A stretch of 64,000 nucleotides of DNA from Octopus vulgaris. Taxonomy: Eukaryota. Positions 1 through 12,970 of this stretch are shown here, piece after piece (position 1 is the first letter of the stretch; each line of letters starts with the position of its first letter). The DNA is taken from contig OX597819.1 in assembly GCA_951406725.2 (NCBI GenBank), positions 128,340,001-128,404,000 on the forward strand, read 5' to 3'. The position numbers and the translations under genes were made by a program. Below the pieces are notes generated by a model. It made no database searches. It was not told where the DNA came from and saw only the letters and a program-made list of their open reading frames with translations.

Positions 1-199
1 GCGTGTATGTGTGTGTATTTGTATGTATGTTTTTTCTCTGTGCGTGTATGTTTGTGTGTGTATACATATATAATAAGAAAAAGAAACGCTATAGAGTAAA
101 TAAAATAATTCAACATTTCGTTAATCAATCGGAATTAATTGACCGACATGGATCTATATTAACTTCTTAGAGGTGGTGGGTAAAAAGAGTAAGCACATA

Positions 200-525
200 T
201 ATATATATACATATATATATGTGTGAGTGCGCATACGTATTCATGTATTTGCGCATGTATATGTATATATACTTATATACGAGTATGCGCGGTTTGTGTG
301 TACGTGTGGAAGTATGTATATGTGTGGGTATATGGACGTACGGATACATATATGTGTATATATATGTATTCGTACGTGTATATATATGGACGTACGGATA
401 CATATATGTATGTGTGTATGTATATGGATGTACGGATACATATATGTATGTGTGTATATATATGGACTTACGGATACATATATGTATGTGTGTATATGTA
501 TACGTGTGTACTTGCATATATACAA
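200..525. repeat. Compound TA/TG microsatellite with an embedded minisatellite (atatggacgtacggatacatatatgt-like, about 4 copies)
   Basis: The unit recurs near 331, 385, 423 and 461, separated by TA/TG runs. Confidence 0.8.
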
Positions 526-580
526 ATTTTCATAACTTTATTCATACATTATAAAGGAATATTCTTTTTTTTTTTTTCAT

Positions 581-772
581 TTTTGGATTTGGTTTGCAAG
601 ATTCTTTATATGAGTTCGTGTGTTGAAGCATATTCTGTTGTGTCTGGGGAGAGTCATTTTCTTTTTGTGCCTTATTATGTAATACACTCACCGGTAAAAT
701 TTCTACTTTTTTTCTTACTTTTATTGTCCTAAAGTTTTCGTTGCGTCTTGCAACCTTTCAATAGTTTTGACT
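581..772. repeat. Dispersed repeat, second copy at 36640-36765; possibly a Penelope-type terminal remnant
   Basis: ttttggatttggtttgcaa...ggtaaaatttc is near-identical at 581 and 36640. Confidence 0.7.
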
Positions 773-1018
773 CTATTCTTTTATTAACTATAAACTTAAC
801 TTATTTATATCTCTCTCAACTCTATTTAATTTATTCATTTATTGTTCTAATTCGATTCACTTAGTCTATCTCATCTCCAATCATCCAGTAATCACTTCGC
901 CCGAACATATAACGATACAAACCATAAACCGTATCTTTCAGTCTACTATAACGAATCCATAAACACACATAAAACATCCAAGGGTATACTTTTGCCCTCT
1001 GAAGATATGATGCAGAGG

Positions 1019-1034
1019 CAGACAGACAGATAGG

Positions 1035-1111
<77 letters not shown>
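1019..1111. repeat. (GATA)n microsatellite
   Basis: Direct reading. Confidence 0.95.
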
Positions 1112-1112
<1 letters not shown>

Positions 1113-1552
1113 CGTATGTCATGCGAATAACTGTGTTAAATATAGTTAAAGTAACAATGCAAGTGCATATCTTTATGAGTAACTAAAATTCAATTCGTAT
1201 TCCTTGCCTGAGCTGCATTTTGTAGCTGATTCTCCAGTATACGTATATTTTCGTTTAGTTTAATTTTTCTTCGGGTAATAATAATCTTTTACTGATATAA
1301 TCCTATGAAAATCATGGCGGAAATGTGCCTTGATATAAAATAAATAGATTTACCATTAAGATATCCCGAGATAACGGAAACATTTACAATCTGGTGACCG
1401 AATTGTCTCTCGTCGCATTTTATGGGTAATATAATATTATTATTGCTGTTATTTTATTGATATCATTTGTCAATATTTTGAGCGTATGTCGGTACTTTTT
1501 TACTTTTTACTCTATTTGTGTTTGCGAGTAGTATGATATAACACGCATACAT

Positions 1553-1606
<54 letters not shown>

Positions 1607-2336
1607 TCTTATAATAAAAACCACAAACTTTGTAAATACTGCTACCCAGGGTTTCTTGGTTGAAATCTGCCATCTAGCAAGCTGAGAACAAGATCGTTTG
1701 CCAGCTGTCTTTTGAACTGATAACGTTTAAACAAGAGACTCTGGTAAAGAAGAAGACAAGAAAATCACAAGGGAGATAAGCAACGTTACAATAATTCAAT
1801 ATCAAGCAGACGTAAACAATATGTTAATGGTTTACTAAATGCTCGGTGGCCTACTTTTAAATTTAGGTAAGATGTATTTCTTGAAATGCGGACATACAGA
1901 AAAACTCTCGTTCTTGGAATTTATCCATTCGCTGGAGGTTTTTTAGAGATACAATTTTTTGAGAGAATATACTGAATATTTTTTTAACTTATTAATAAAG
2001 GGTCTGGATTTGGAGAAGATCTTCTATTTGATATCGAAACTGGTCCCTTCGTCTTTAAGTTTCCAGATTAAAGCTGAAAGGGTTAATGATTGTCTCTTAC
2101 CACCTAAAATTCCTTATTTGTCTCTTATCACCTAAAAAGTACCTAAAATTCGAAAAATGATTATATCTGGTTTTGAATTTTCTTTCACGACACCGATATA
2201 ACATTTGGTATTACGGCCATTGTCGTAGTTCGCTTAAATTTGTGCTTCATAAACAACAGAAGATATATCGTACTCCTGTCTTCCAGGACTTTTAGACTTC
2301 TCTCTACATGTGCAAGCTTGAGTTGTCCCTCCTAGA

Positions 2337-2382
<46 letters not shown>

Positions 2383-2968
2383 CTGTGTTTATGCACATAT
2401 GTGTATGTATGTATATGCATTGTACGTACATTATGGGTGGTTTTTAAGCCTCCGGTAGACGAGCCCACCATAATCGGCGGCCATTCTTAGCAGTGATAGT
2501 AGTTAAGTCATCGTTGTACAGGTGACAGGAGGAAGATTGTGAAGTACCCCTCGAAGCCTCGCGTCCACCAGAGTTGATAGAGTGTGGGTCAGAGAGAACA
2601 CCATCAGCACACACCTCGATAGTAAAATTTTACAAGCAACTACTTGTCCAAGAGGCGAAACACGGTAGGAGCTCATAGACAGAGAATCATACATCATCAG
2701 AGATGCTCTTAAAACTTTGCTGTGCTGAAGCCAAAAACACTAATTTCAGAAAATTTCTAGAGAGCGAAACCCATTGGCAATGTATGTAGGTGAATAGGTC
2801 GCCTATAAAACTGGTTTTACGAAATCTGTACAAATGCTCATTATGTAAAGAGAGCGATTCGTGATTTTATAAAAGGTTATTGCTATTAGCTGCTCTGCAT
2901 CTCCTTTGAAATGTTGAAAGTTGCAGTTGCGGGGTCAGAGTGATTACAATTCTAGGGAGTGATATATA

Positions 2969-3200
2969 TATTTCTTTACTACCTACAAGGGGCTAAACAT
3001 AGAGAGGACAAACAAGGACAGACAAAGGGATTAAGTCGATTACATCGACCCAGTGCGAAACTGGTACTTTATTTATCGACCCCGAGAGAATGAAAGGCAA
3101 AGTCGACCTCGGCGGAATTTGAACTCAGAACGTAACGACAGACGAAATACCGCTAAACATTTCGCCCGGCGGGCTAACGTTTCTGCCAGTTCGCCGCCTT
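2969..3200 (-). mobile_element. SINE family C (tRNA-like head, gcctttcatcctttcggggtcgataa core)
   Basis: Matches more than 10 other copies in the window. Flanked by a ~14-bp TSD, gggagtga(t/g)atata, at 2955-2968 and 3204-3217. Confidence 0.85.
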
Positions 3201-4639
3201 ATGGGGAGTGAGATATAATAGAACGTGTATACAAAGATTGGAATATATTTCTGGTGAAAGAGAGAAGAGTGAGATAGAGATTGAAATGTGTAGTAAGGAT
3301 AGGGGACACTCTAGAATGCTTTGTTTGAGGGAAATGAAGGGAACATTATCAGAAGTTTTTATCTGAAGCGAACGGAAGATTCTCTCGTTGTCTTCTTCGT
3401 GCTGCCATTGAACGCTTTCATATTTGCAACGCAAAATTAGTATATCCCTACGGTGGTAGCAGGACTCTCACCATATCAAGCAACACCAAACGTCAAGCTT
3501 TACGAGTTATCTATTATGATAAGTATTTTGCATGCATTTTACAAACGTGATGCGAAGCCCAAAACTTACTTTGATCCCTAGGTTCCATTCGAATATAAAC
3601 AAAATATTTTTGTTTTTTCGCAAATTCAGTAACATTTTTCTTTTGTATTTTCCAATGGTATACGCTACAAATGTTAGAGAAAATTTTAGACTCGCTTAAG
3701 CAGCTTCTTCGTAGATCGTTACGCAAAAATGATAAAATTATATCAAAAATAAAATCATATAAAAACGAAATTGTATTAAAACAATGCTGAAGAGACAAAA
3801 AGATAAAGCTAGTTATAAAATATGAAATGCATTGAGGAGGAAAATCTTTGTGTAAGAATTATCCAATATCTCAATAACTAGAGTCTATTTGACAGAACAA
3901 TATCAATTTTAGATTAAGCACCGCAAATTTACATTGAATTCGTTAAAATATTCTGGGCAAATAAACCATTTGATGTAACACACCATAAAGAATGAAAATA
4001 ATTTGAAATGTATGGCGTACCTTTGCAATAGACATTTATTTAATCTGGTAGTGACTATATAAAATATTGGTATCATCACAGATATTGTCTCTTCCCTGGC
4101 AGTTAAAGAGATTAATCCGACTAGTTTTTGGTTTTCGTCGATCTTAATAGGATAAAGAATACACATCGTTCGTTCATAGAGATGTTATTAGCTTAGAATT
4201 ATCAATAGTGTATACAAATTCGGACATACCTAAACCCGTCAGCTTATTCTGCATAACATCACATTTTCATAAAGCAGAGATTAATAAATTATTTAATGGT
4301 GCACTACACAACAGTTTATGGTAATTTAAAATGTAAAGTATAGCCTTTTAATAAACATACAATTAAGTTTCACTGTGAAATGTAAACGAAGCGGTACCCG
4401 ATAAATTTTCTCTCGCTGTAGGCAAAAAAGAAAGAGATTAATCTCATTTGTTTCAAGTCTTGCTTGGCTGTTATCAAATCATCAAAAAAAAACTAATAAT
4501 TCTGTGCTATACATATAAATTATAATGTTATGCTACTAATTAATTAATCCACGTTCTATAGACCAGTATAACTAAAAATAGCAGCGAATCACTATGCAAT
4601 TTCCAAAAACGTAAAGCATTGGATAAATAATCCTAGATA

Positions 4640-5041
4640 GGCGCAGGGGTGGCTGTGTGGTAAGTAGCTTGCTTACCAACCACATGGTTCCTGGTTCGGT
4701 CCCACTGTATGGCACCTTGGGCAAGTGTCTTCTACTATAGCCTCGGGCCAACCAAAGCCTTGTGAGTGGATTTGGTAGATGGAAACTGAAAGAAGCCCGT
4801 TGTATATATCTATATGTGTGTGTTTGTGTGTCTGTGTTTGTGCCCCACCCACCCAACATCGCTTGACAACCGATGCTGGTGTGTTTACGTCCCCGTAACA
4901 TAGCGGTTCGGCAAAAGAGACCGATAGACAAGTACTAGGCTTACGAAGAATATGTTCTGGGGGTCGATTTCCTTGACTAAAGGCGGTGCTCCAGCATGAC
5001 CGCAGTCAAATGACTGAAACAAATAAAAGAGTAAAAAGAGT
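4640..5041 (+). mobile_element. SINE family B (ggcgcaggagtggctgtgtggtaag... head, internal TG/TA tract, aaagagt tail), full length
   Basis: Pol III A/B-box-like head. Near-identical copies at 10330, 19304 and 21390. Confidence 0.85.
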
Positions 5042-6722
5042 AATGAGTATGCTCCCAAAAATATTTAGGATTGGTTACTGCTGGTATGTTTTCGATAATA
5101 GGACTTCTCAGTTATTTATAGAGAATCAATAAATTAACACGTAGCCTCTCCAATAGAACAAGAAATAAGGCACAACGAACGAATGAGGAAACTTCTAGAG
5201 AGTCGTTCAACATGCTATAAAAGCAGTCAAAACACGTTCATCTTAACAAGTCCTCAAAAAAAGAAAGGACACATTAGATAATATAATTGCTGATGCACGG
5301 TCTGAAAGAAAGGAAAGAAAAGATGAGATGATCTCAGGTAAAATGTTTTTAACCAATGGTTTGTTTGCTCAGCCAGGACTGACCTAGCTCTAACCAAGAA
5401 CAATCCAATGATAAACTAATGACCAGTCAACACCATTATTTACCAAATTGCTGTTTCTTGTCATAAATCCTTGCTCGTCATATCTCCTGACTAACAGACA
5501 TATTTTTCATCAAAGGAAAGCATGATTAGATTCCTCCTGCAAAAGAGATATTATATACTTCTGAGATGAGTATGCTTTTTTCTTAACGCAACAAAAACTG
5601 TCCGTTGCCAAACATCTTATCAAATTATATGAACCAGCGAGGGAACCAAATCTACATAAATCATGTCTGTTTAAAACTGTCTAAAATAGAGAGAGAAAGA
5701 AAAATAGAGAGGGGGAGAGAGAGATCGTATATTGTGAGATTTCTCGATGCACTATATATAAAGACGACAGTGTCAAGATTGGAACACCTTTGGTCGGTCA
5801 TAGGTCTACTCGATCAGTGCTAGCTCGAGATAAAACAACTCTAAACAGCAACTAAAATTCTTCAAGACGTTCTCAAGCCATAGCTAGGCTAAACCATGCA
5901 AAACCAAAGAAAAACCAAGGTTAAGTCAAGTCATGTTTTATAAACAAGCTTTCCCCTTCCCCTTCCCAGGCAGGAAAAAAATAACAAACAAGCAAATAAA
6001 CATAAAAGCTCGACCAAAAATACAAACAAAACCTCCCAAAGTGAAAATACTTTAACGTTCGGCTTCGTCTAGTTAGTTTTCTCCGTCCCTTAGCGACAAC
6101 CACGCAAGCAAAGATCAAAGATTTTATGAAAGAAAAAAAGATCGCAGTTAGCAATATTTAAACGTTGTATAGTAGTTTGTTGCACAGCATATTCAGCTCT
6201 TCAATGTGGGTTGCTGCTTGCTTTTTGCTTCTTCTTCTTCTTTTTATGACCCTTATGCCCCGATTGCATAAATGCACGAGCAGTTATGCAACCCCGCTGA
6301 ACACAAGGTTATGGTGAACAGCTTCCAGCCAATTTGAATACCAAATCATGCACTGCTCCGCCCATTCAAATACATTTCTACCATGGACATTTTCATATCG
6401 CTGCCATTTTGACTCGCTTTCCCATCGTTTGGGAATTAGTTATTTCGTTTGTGTTCTTGTATAATTTACATTCATTCATTGCATTTACTAATAACTTTTT
6501 TTTTTTCTTTTCAACCACCGTTTCCCCCTACTTCTTTTCTTTTTTTATCGAATTATTTATTTCAGTTTTTTTTTATTCCTTCATTAGTTTTCCTCTTCCC
6601 TTATGATCCATCCAAATTTTATGGTTAATGGTTATGCCTGTGTACGTCTATATATGTTCGTGTGTGATATATACATATATAATGTACATACACATATGCA
6701 CACACATACACACATACATACA

Positions 6723-6811
<89 letters not shown>

Positions 6812-6839
6812 AGAGTGAGAGAGATGCACTTTAAAATGG

Positions 6840-7270
6840 ATGTGTTGTTTTTAACGCCGTAGACTGGGATGAAGGTCTCGAAAAATCCTTTCTTGCCGAC
6901 GACAAATGCCAAGGGCATCGAAATTCTATCACTTCACGAAATCTCGTCAGCATTGGTGGATAATACTACCGCATCACTTGATTTCTCCGTATTGCGGATC
7001 ATCAGAGGCTACAAGCCAAGCGCGGAATGTCAGACGGAAAAATCAGTCAAACTAATATACAATAATACTGGCCAAACAACAAGTGATATGACAGTGTGTA
7101 TGAGTTAGTTATTTGCAACAGAAACAACCTTTCCAGCGAATATTAGTGGCGCCAGAAGCTGAAGCTGGTGCTAACAAAATTTCAACAGTCGAATAGAAGT
7201 TTGATGTTTGTTAACATTTGTCGTCCACACGAAATGATTTCCCGGGACGTTCACCACAGTATACAATGTT
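6840..7270 (+). pseudogene. Possible highly decayed Gypsy-type integrase fragment
   Basis: Translation LHEISSALVDN...GYKPSAECQTEKSVKLI loosely resembles the integrase motifs HGIP-LVSDNG and PYHP-SNGQAERxV. Weak. Confidence 0.3.
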
Positions 7271-7365
7271 ATAAACTACACATCTAAGTTCGGATGGATA
7301 TACTAAATAATATTCGTTAATATTCGTTACAAAGGATGCTTCTGTTGCTAATAGCTAATATATAT

Positions 7366-7615
7366 ATAATAATTATTTGAGGGAATATTATTCCTAACAT
7401 ACAGGGAAAAATTCAATTTAGAAATACTAAATCAAATTTCACAACATATAATATATATATATATATATATATACCGATGATTAAGTAAATTGCAAAATGA
7501 TTATAAAAACGTATTTTATTGCTATTTTAATTTTGATATTTCTATTATATGTAATTTTCTAGATGGTGTAACTTAATTGTTCATTTTGAATTAATAAAAG
7601 GTGTTTTTTTTAACT
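7366..7615. repeat. AT-rich dispersed repeat, rearranged second copy at 20826-21032
   Basis: Three sequence modules are shared with 20826-21032. Both copies are embedded in (TA)n. Confidence 0.65.
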
Positions 7616-8045
7616 TTATATATATATAACTTTATCCTATTTTAAATTTTAAATTTAACCGGAATATATTCAGTGCTGAATTATTCTGAGTACATACGTG
7701 TACTGAGATGCAATTTGAAAAGCCCGCCGCTTACATAGATATATAAGAGTGAACATCTTTATATACTAAGATGGATACATTTGGTGTTCGTCTGGTGTGT
7801 TGATTTGTTTATTTTTTTAAGTGTCTTGATTATACCTGCACTCAGGATTAGAAAGCGGATTATGTACACGAACTATCAAATCATATGATGTGCGGCTGAA
7901 TCTGTTTTTAAGAGGTTGGCTTCGAAAGTTGCATTCCCTCGCGTTCGACACACTGTGTATTTATTATGGTAGTTTTGACTTTAAGAGTCTCTAATAGCGT
8001 GAGGCATTTGCGTGTAGTAATACCCTTAATATAAATGAATATGTG

Positions 8046-8261
8046 TGGCAGAAACGTTAGCACGCCGGGCGAAACGCGTAGCCGTATTTCGTCTGTCGTT
8101 ACGTTCCGAGTTCAAATTCCGCCGAGGTCGACTTTGCCTTTCATCCTTTCGGGGTCGATAAATTAAGTACCTGTTACGCACTGGGGTCGATGTAATCGAC
8201 TTAATCCGTTTGTCTTTCCTTGCTTGTCCCCTCTGTGTTTAGCCCCTTGTTGGTAGTAAAG

Positions 8262-8266
<5 letters not shown>
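8046..8266 (+). mobile_element. SINE family C
   Basis: tggcagaaacgttagcacgccgggcg...gtagtaaagaaata, ending in (TA)n. Confidence 0.85.
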
Positions 8267-8297
<31 letters not shown>

Positions 8298-8534
8298 CAA
8301 AAAAATCAAAACATATTTATAATCTACTCGCAAGAATAAACAACTACAAATTACACATTACTGCCTAAAAACAAATCAAGACATCGGATAATGTAATCCG
8401 AGATATATACTGTAATCTGAAAACTTGATTGCAGCGAATGATCTCCCGCTTAATCATAGTATCAATCTCCTTGCGAATCCATCCGTTTATTTATCCTACT
8501 AAGAGTCAGCTAGCAAACTAAGTATTTACATATT

Positions 8535-8614
<80 letters not shown>

Positions 8615-8751
8615 CATCGTTCTCCAATAACTCACATACATATGTATAAGTATATGTATGTATAAATGTATATATATATATATATATTTGAGTGTATATA
8701 TATACGTGTGTGTGTTGTGCGAGTGTATGTATATGTGTGTAATTACGTGTG

Positions 8752-8823
<72 letters not shown>

Positions 8824-9812
8824 TATGTATGTATATATATATATATAAGTGTGTATACGTTTGATGGCATTTCAATATATGATGATACATAAATATATCT
8901 GAATATATATATATATATTTATATATATATATATATATTAGAATGTATGTATGTATGCATGGATGCACACAAACATAAATAACATACTGCCTTGATTATA
9001 CACCTACATATATGTGTAATTTTAGGTACACATCCAATGCATGTATACACATATTTAAAAAACAAATGGCTGTTTAATATACATACATATATAAATAAAT
9101 ATATATATATATATATACATACACACATGTATATATAGATACATACACACATATATATGTGCGTATACATATATATATATATATATATATGCATATGCAT
9201 ATATACATACCCATGCACATACATAAGTATGTACATATACAGAAATAGATGCATCATAGGTATTTGCTTAATTATACAATATGTGGTACGCATTTGATCT
9301 GAAACTGTTTTTGTAACTAACACATTACTTGCATTTACGGTTCATACGCAGGTTATAACACTGGCCTTTGCTAATCTTAAATTACTTTCCTTAACCTAGA
9401 ACCATTTTTTTTTCTTTTTTGTTCTTTTTTGTAATTTTGTCCATAACTATTTCCACAGCTGCTGTTTGTCTTACGTGTCTTCTTAACCGCTGACTGTGCA
9501 ATAACTGTATTTTCCTTAGACTTCGGTCGTGAAAATCTCTGACGATCCGGTGCACTGATATGCTCTGCATAAAATACATACCCATCCACGGAGACGCGCA
9601 ATAAAACTTATCAAAATACACCTAATTTCCTGCAGAGAACCAGGAGGCTGGGCATTGACCACACATCAATCATACTATTCCGTTCTGGGTGAACTTTCAA
9701 ACGTCACGGAATCTACCCCTCATTTCCTGACTAATTTGTACATTGAAATACATGAATATGCATACGCACATACGTACTACACATATACATACATATGAGT
9801 GTATGTGTGTGT

Positions 9813-9851
<39 letters not shown>

Positions 9852-9884
9852 TGTGTGTATGTATGTATGTATGTATGTATATGC

Positions 9885-9910
<26 letters not shown>

Positions 9911-9915
<5 letters not shown>

Positions 9916-10314
9916 GGAATGGTTATATGGTTAGTAGCTTGCTTGCCAACCACATGGTTTCGGGTTCAGTCCCACTGCGTGGCACCTTGGACAAGTTTCT
10001 TCTTTTATAGCCCTATAGCCTCGAGCCGACTAGAGCATTATGAGTGGATTTGGTATATGGAAACTGAAAAAAGCCCGTCGTATGTGTGTGTGTTTGTGTG
10101 TCTTTGTTTGTCACCCCCACCATCGCTTGAGAACCGATGCTGGTATGTTTACGTCCCGGTAACTTAGTAGTTCGGCAAAACGATCCGATAGAATAAGTAC
10201 TAGGCTTGGTCCTGGGCTCTAAGCACTAGTACTAAGTCCTGGAGTCGATTTATTCGACTAAAGGCAGTCATGCAGCATGTCAAATGACTGAAAACAATGA
10301 AAAATTAAGAGAAT
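9911..10314 (+). mobile_element. SINE family B, diverged copy
   Basis: Colinear with the 4640 copy, with more substitutions. Confidence 0.8.
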
Positions 10315-10329
10315 ATATATATATATATA

Positions 10330-10741
10330 GGCGCAGGAGTGGCTGTGTGGTAAGTAGCTTGCCTACCAACCACATGGTTCTGGGTTCAGTCCCACTGCGT
10401 GGCATCTTGGGCAAGTGTCTTCTACTATAGCCTCGGGTCGACCAATGCCTTGTGAGTGGATTTGGTAGACGGAAACTGAAAGAAGCCTGTCGTATATATG
10501 TATATATATATGTATGTATGTGTATGTATATGTTTGTGTGCCTGTGTTTGTCCCTCTAGCATTGCTTGACAACCGATGCTGGTGTGTTTACGTCCCCGTC
10601 ACTTAGCGGTTCGGCAGAGACTGATAGAATAAGTACTGGGCTTACAAAGAATAAGTCCCGGGGTCGATTTGCTCGACTAAAGGCGGTGCTCCAACATGGC
10701 CGCAGTCAAATGACTGAAACAAGTAAAAGAGTAAAAGAGTA
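10330..10741 (+). mobile_element. SINE family B, young copy
   Basis: Full length, close to the window consensus, preceded by (TA)n. Confidence 0.85.
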
Positions 10742-10756
10742 TATGTATGTATATAT

Positions 10757-11030
10757 TAGAGGGTGAGTGAAAAAGTAATGCCATTTTGTGTATGACAGGT
10801 ATAATTACCAACACAGGAACTTGGATCATACATCAAAATGAAGCTGGTCCTCTGTGCATCACATCCCTACTTCTCAACATAGTCACCGTTTTCTCTCAAT
10901 AGCAATGTTCCACCTTCGAATGAGAGCATGTATCCCTGCCCCGTAAAATTCTGTTGATTATTCTTTGAGTCACTTCTACTTCACTACAGTTTTCATTTCC
11001 TCGTCACTGGAATAATTTCGCGCCTTCAGA
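10757..11030 (-). mobile_element. Mariner transposon 3' remnant (transposase C-terminus and TIR)
   Basis: Minus strand reads LKARNYSSDEEMKTVVK..FY.AGIHALIRRW....GDYVEK, a typical mariner C-terminus. TIR-like gagggtgagtgaaaaagt follows a TA. Confidence 0.75.
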
Positions 11031-11471
11031 CTATCATCCCTTCGGTCCCATGAAAGAGGGTTTGAGAGGCAAATATGGTTGGTGTCATGGATGTGAGAGG
11101 GGAGGGAAGCCGCTGGGGAGAGGGGCAAGGACACGGTCAAGATATCTGGAGATAAGTTCGGTGGGGCAGTTGCAGGCGGGGATTTTGAGGCGGCCAGGGT
11201 TGTTAGGTTTGTGAATTTGGGGGAGGAAGTCAATTGTGGGGGTGCGAGGGGTGTGGACAATGAGGTTAGAGGCGGTGGGGAAGACGAAAGGAGGAGATGA
11301 GGTGGTGGATAGTGGTGGGCACAGTCTGTTGGTAGCTGGGCAGTCTGTTGGAGGGCAGAGGGCAGTCGAAGGGGGTGTCTTGAAGTTGTCCGCATGCCGT
11401 GTGGCCTTGTAGAGGTCCGCATGCCACACCACCATGACTCCATCCTTGTTAGCCGATTTTATAATGATGTC
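11030..11471 (-). mobile_element. Penelope-like element RT fragment (frameshifted)
   Basis: DIIIKSANKDGVMVVW (cf. IKPADKGG-VV), RTP...LPQIHKPNNPGR (cf. LPKIHK-PGRPIVS), CPTELISRYLD-L-PL and HIHDTNH. GC-rich island. Confidence 0.8.
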
Positions 11472-11713
11472 CTTGACGCAACAAAGATATCCAGAGGTAA
11501 TGCAGTACGATTGTTTCAAGCGACTCCATTTAATTGAAAAATGCAACCATAACATCAATTTAAATGCAGAGCAATCCTCAGTTGCATAAATACATAGAAT
11601 TAAATTAAATTAAAACAGATGGACACATAAGTATAATTTTACCTAAAACCTCCAAGACGTAAGGAGATAGACAAAGAACATATATATATATGCATACATA
11701 CATACTCACCCCC

Positions 11714-11747
<34 letters not shown>

Positions 11748-12287
11748 ATGTATGTATGTATAAGGAAGTGGATTGATAATACTAACTCTCAGCAAAAGTA
11801 GCACGACTAGGGATCATGACTGACTTGAAGAGTAGGATATGAATAACTTGAATAAGTTGATCTCTTTCTTTCGTCAAACACAAAAACAGAATAAATACTC
11901 AATATCTATATGACGTCATCATTGACTTTGTGCTCATCAAAGCATCGATGGGCCTCAATGGTCATTCATTTCACATTAAATGAAGTCTCAACAGTTCATC
12001 ACCATCTATTTACCAATATTCGCTAGTATCGCGAGACGAAGCGCGTCTGTCGTTACCGTTGAGACACCGCAGTGATGATCTTCTTCTCGCTCCAACATAT
12101 ACGTACACACACAAATATATATGTGTATATATGTGTCCATCTGTTTTAATTTAATTTAATTCTATGTATTTATGCAACAGAGGATTGCTCTGCATTTAAA
12201 TTGATGTTATGTTTGCATTTTTCAATTAAATGGAGTCGCTTGAAACAATCGTACTGCATTACCTCTGGATATCTTTGTTGCGTCAAG
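11472..12287. repeat. 158-bp inverted repeat (11472-11629 / 12130-12287)
   Basis: The arms are reverse complements with 2 mismatches seen by eye. Spacer about 500 bp. Confidence 0.9.
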
Positions 12288-12351
12288 CTGTTCCGTTGAT
12301 CGTATCAGCTGGGACCCTCGTCGTCGTAACCGGCGGAGTCTTTAAAGAATG

Positions 12352-12416
<65 letters not shown>

Positions 12417-12423
12417 TCTTTAA

Positions 12424-12744
12424 AGACTCCGCCGGTTACGACGACGAGGGTCCCAGCTGATACGATCAACGGAACAGCTTGCTCGTGAAATTAACGTGCA
12501 AATGGCTGAGCATTCCACAGACACGTGTACCCTTAACGTAGTTCTCGGGGATAATCAGCGTGACACAGAGAGTGACAAGGCTGACCCTTTGAAATACAAG
12601 TACAACTCATTTTTGCCAGCTGAGTGGACTGGAGCAACGTGAAATAAAGTGTCTTGCTCAAGGACACAACGCGTCGCCGGGAATCGAACTCACAACCTTA
12701 CGATCATGAGCCGAATGCCTAACCACTAAGCCACGCGCCCTCAC
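12424..12744 (-). mobile_element. tRNA-derived SINE with a distinct head and the family-A1 tail
   Basis: Head gggcgcgtggcttagtggttagg...gttcgattcc followed by gtgtccttgagcaagacact. The 3' half matches the 37921 and 62914 copies. Confidence 0.85.
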
Positions 12745-12970
12745 ATATATATACATACATATATATAGATACATACACGGTGATTTCAACTTAACATTGT
12801 TTCAATTCGGTACTCAGGATTTTACTACACTTTGGAAGACTTCTGCAATACCAGTGAATGTTTTGTTCTCTGTTTTCTATATATTGAGGCATGAATTGCA
12901 TTTAAGCGGGTGACAGTCCTATGCAAAGCATTGTGACTCATTGCGGTGCCGATGTTCGTTTTGCAGCGAT

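Noticed and set aside
2430-2830. GC-richer block that could be an LTR or an exon
   Set aside because: No TG...CA ends with TSD, no second copy and no recognisable translation.
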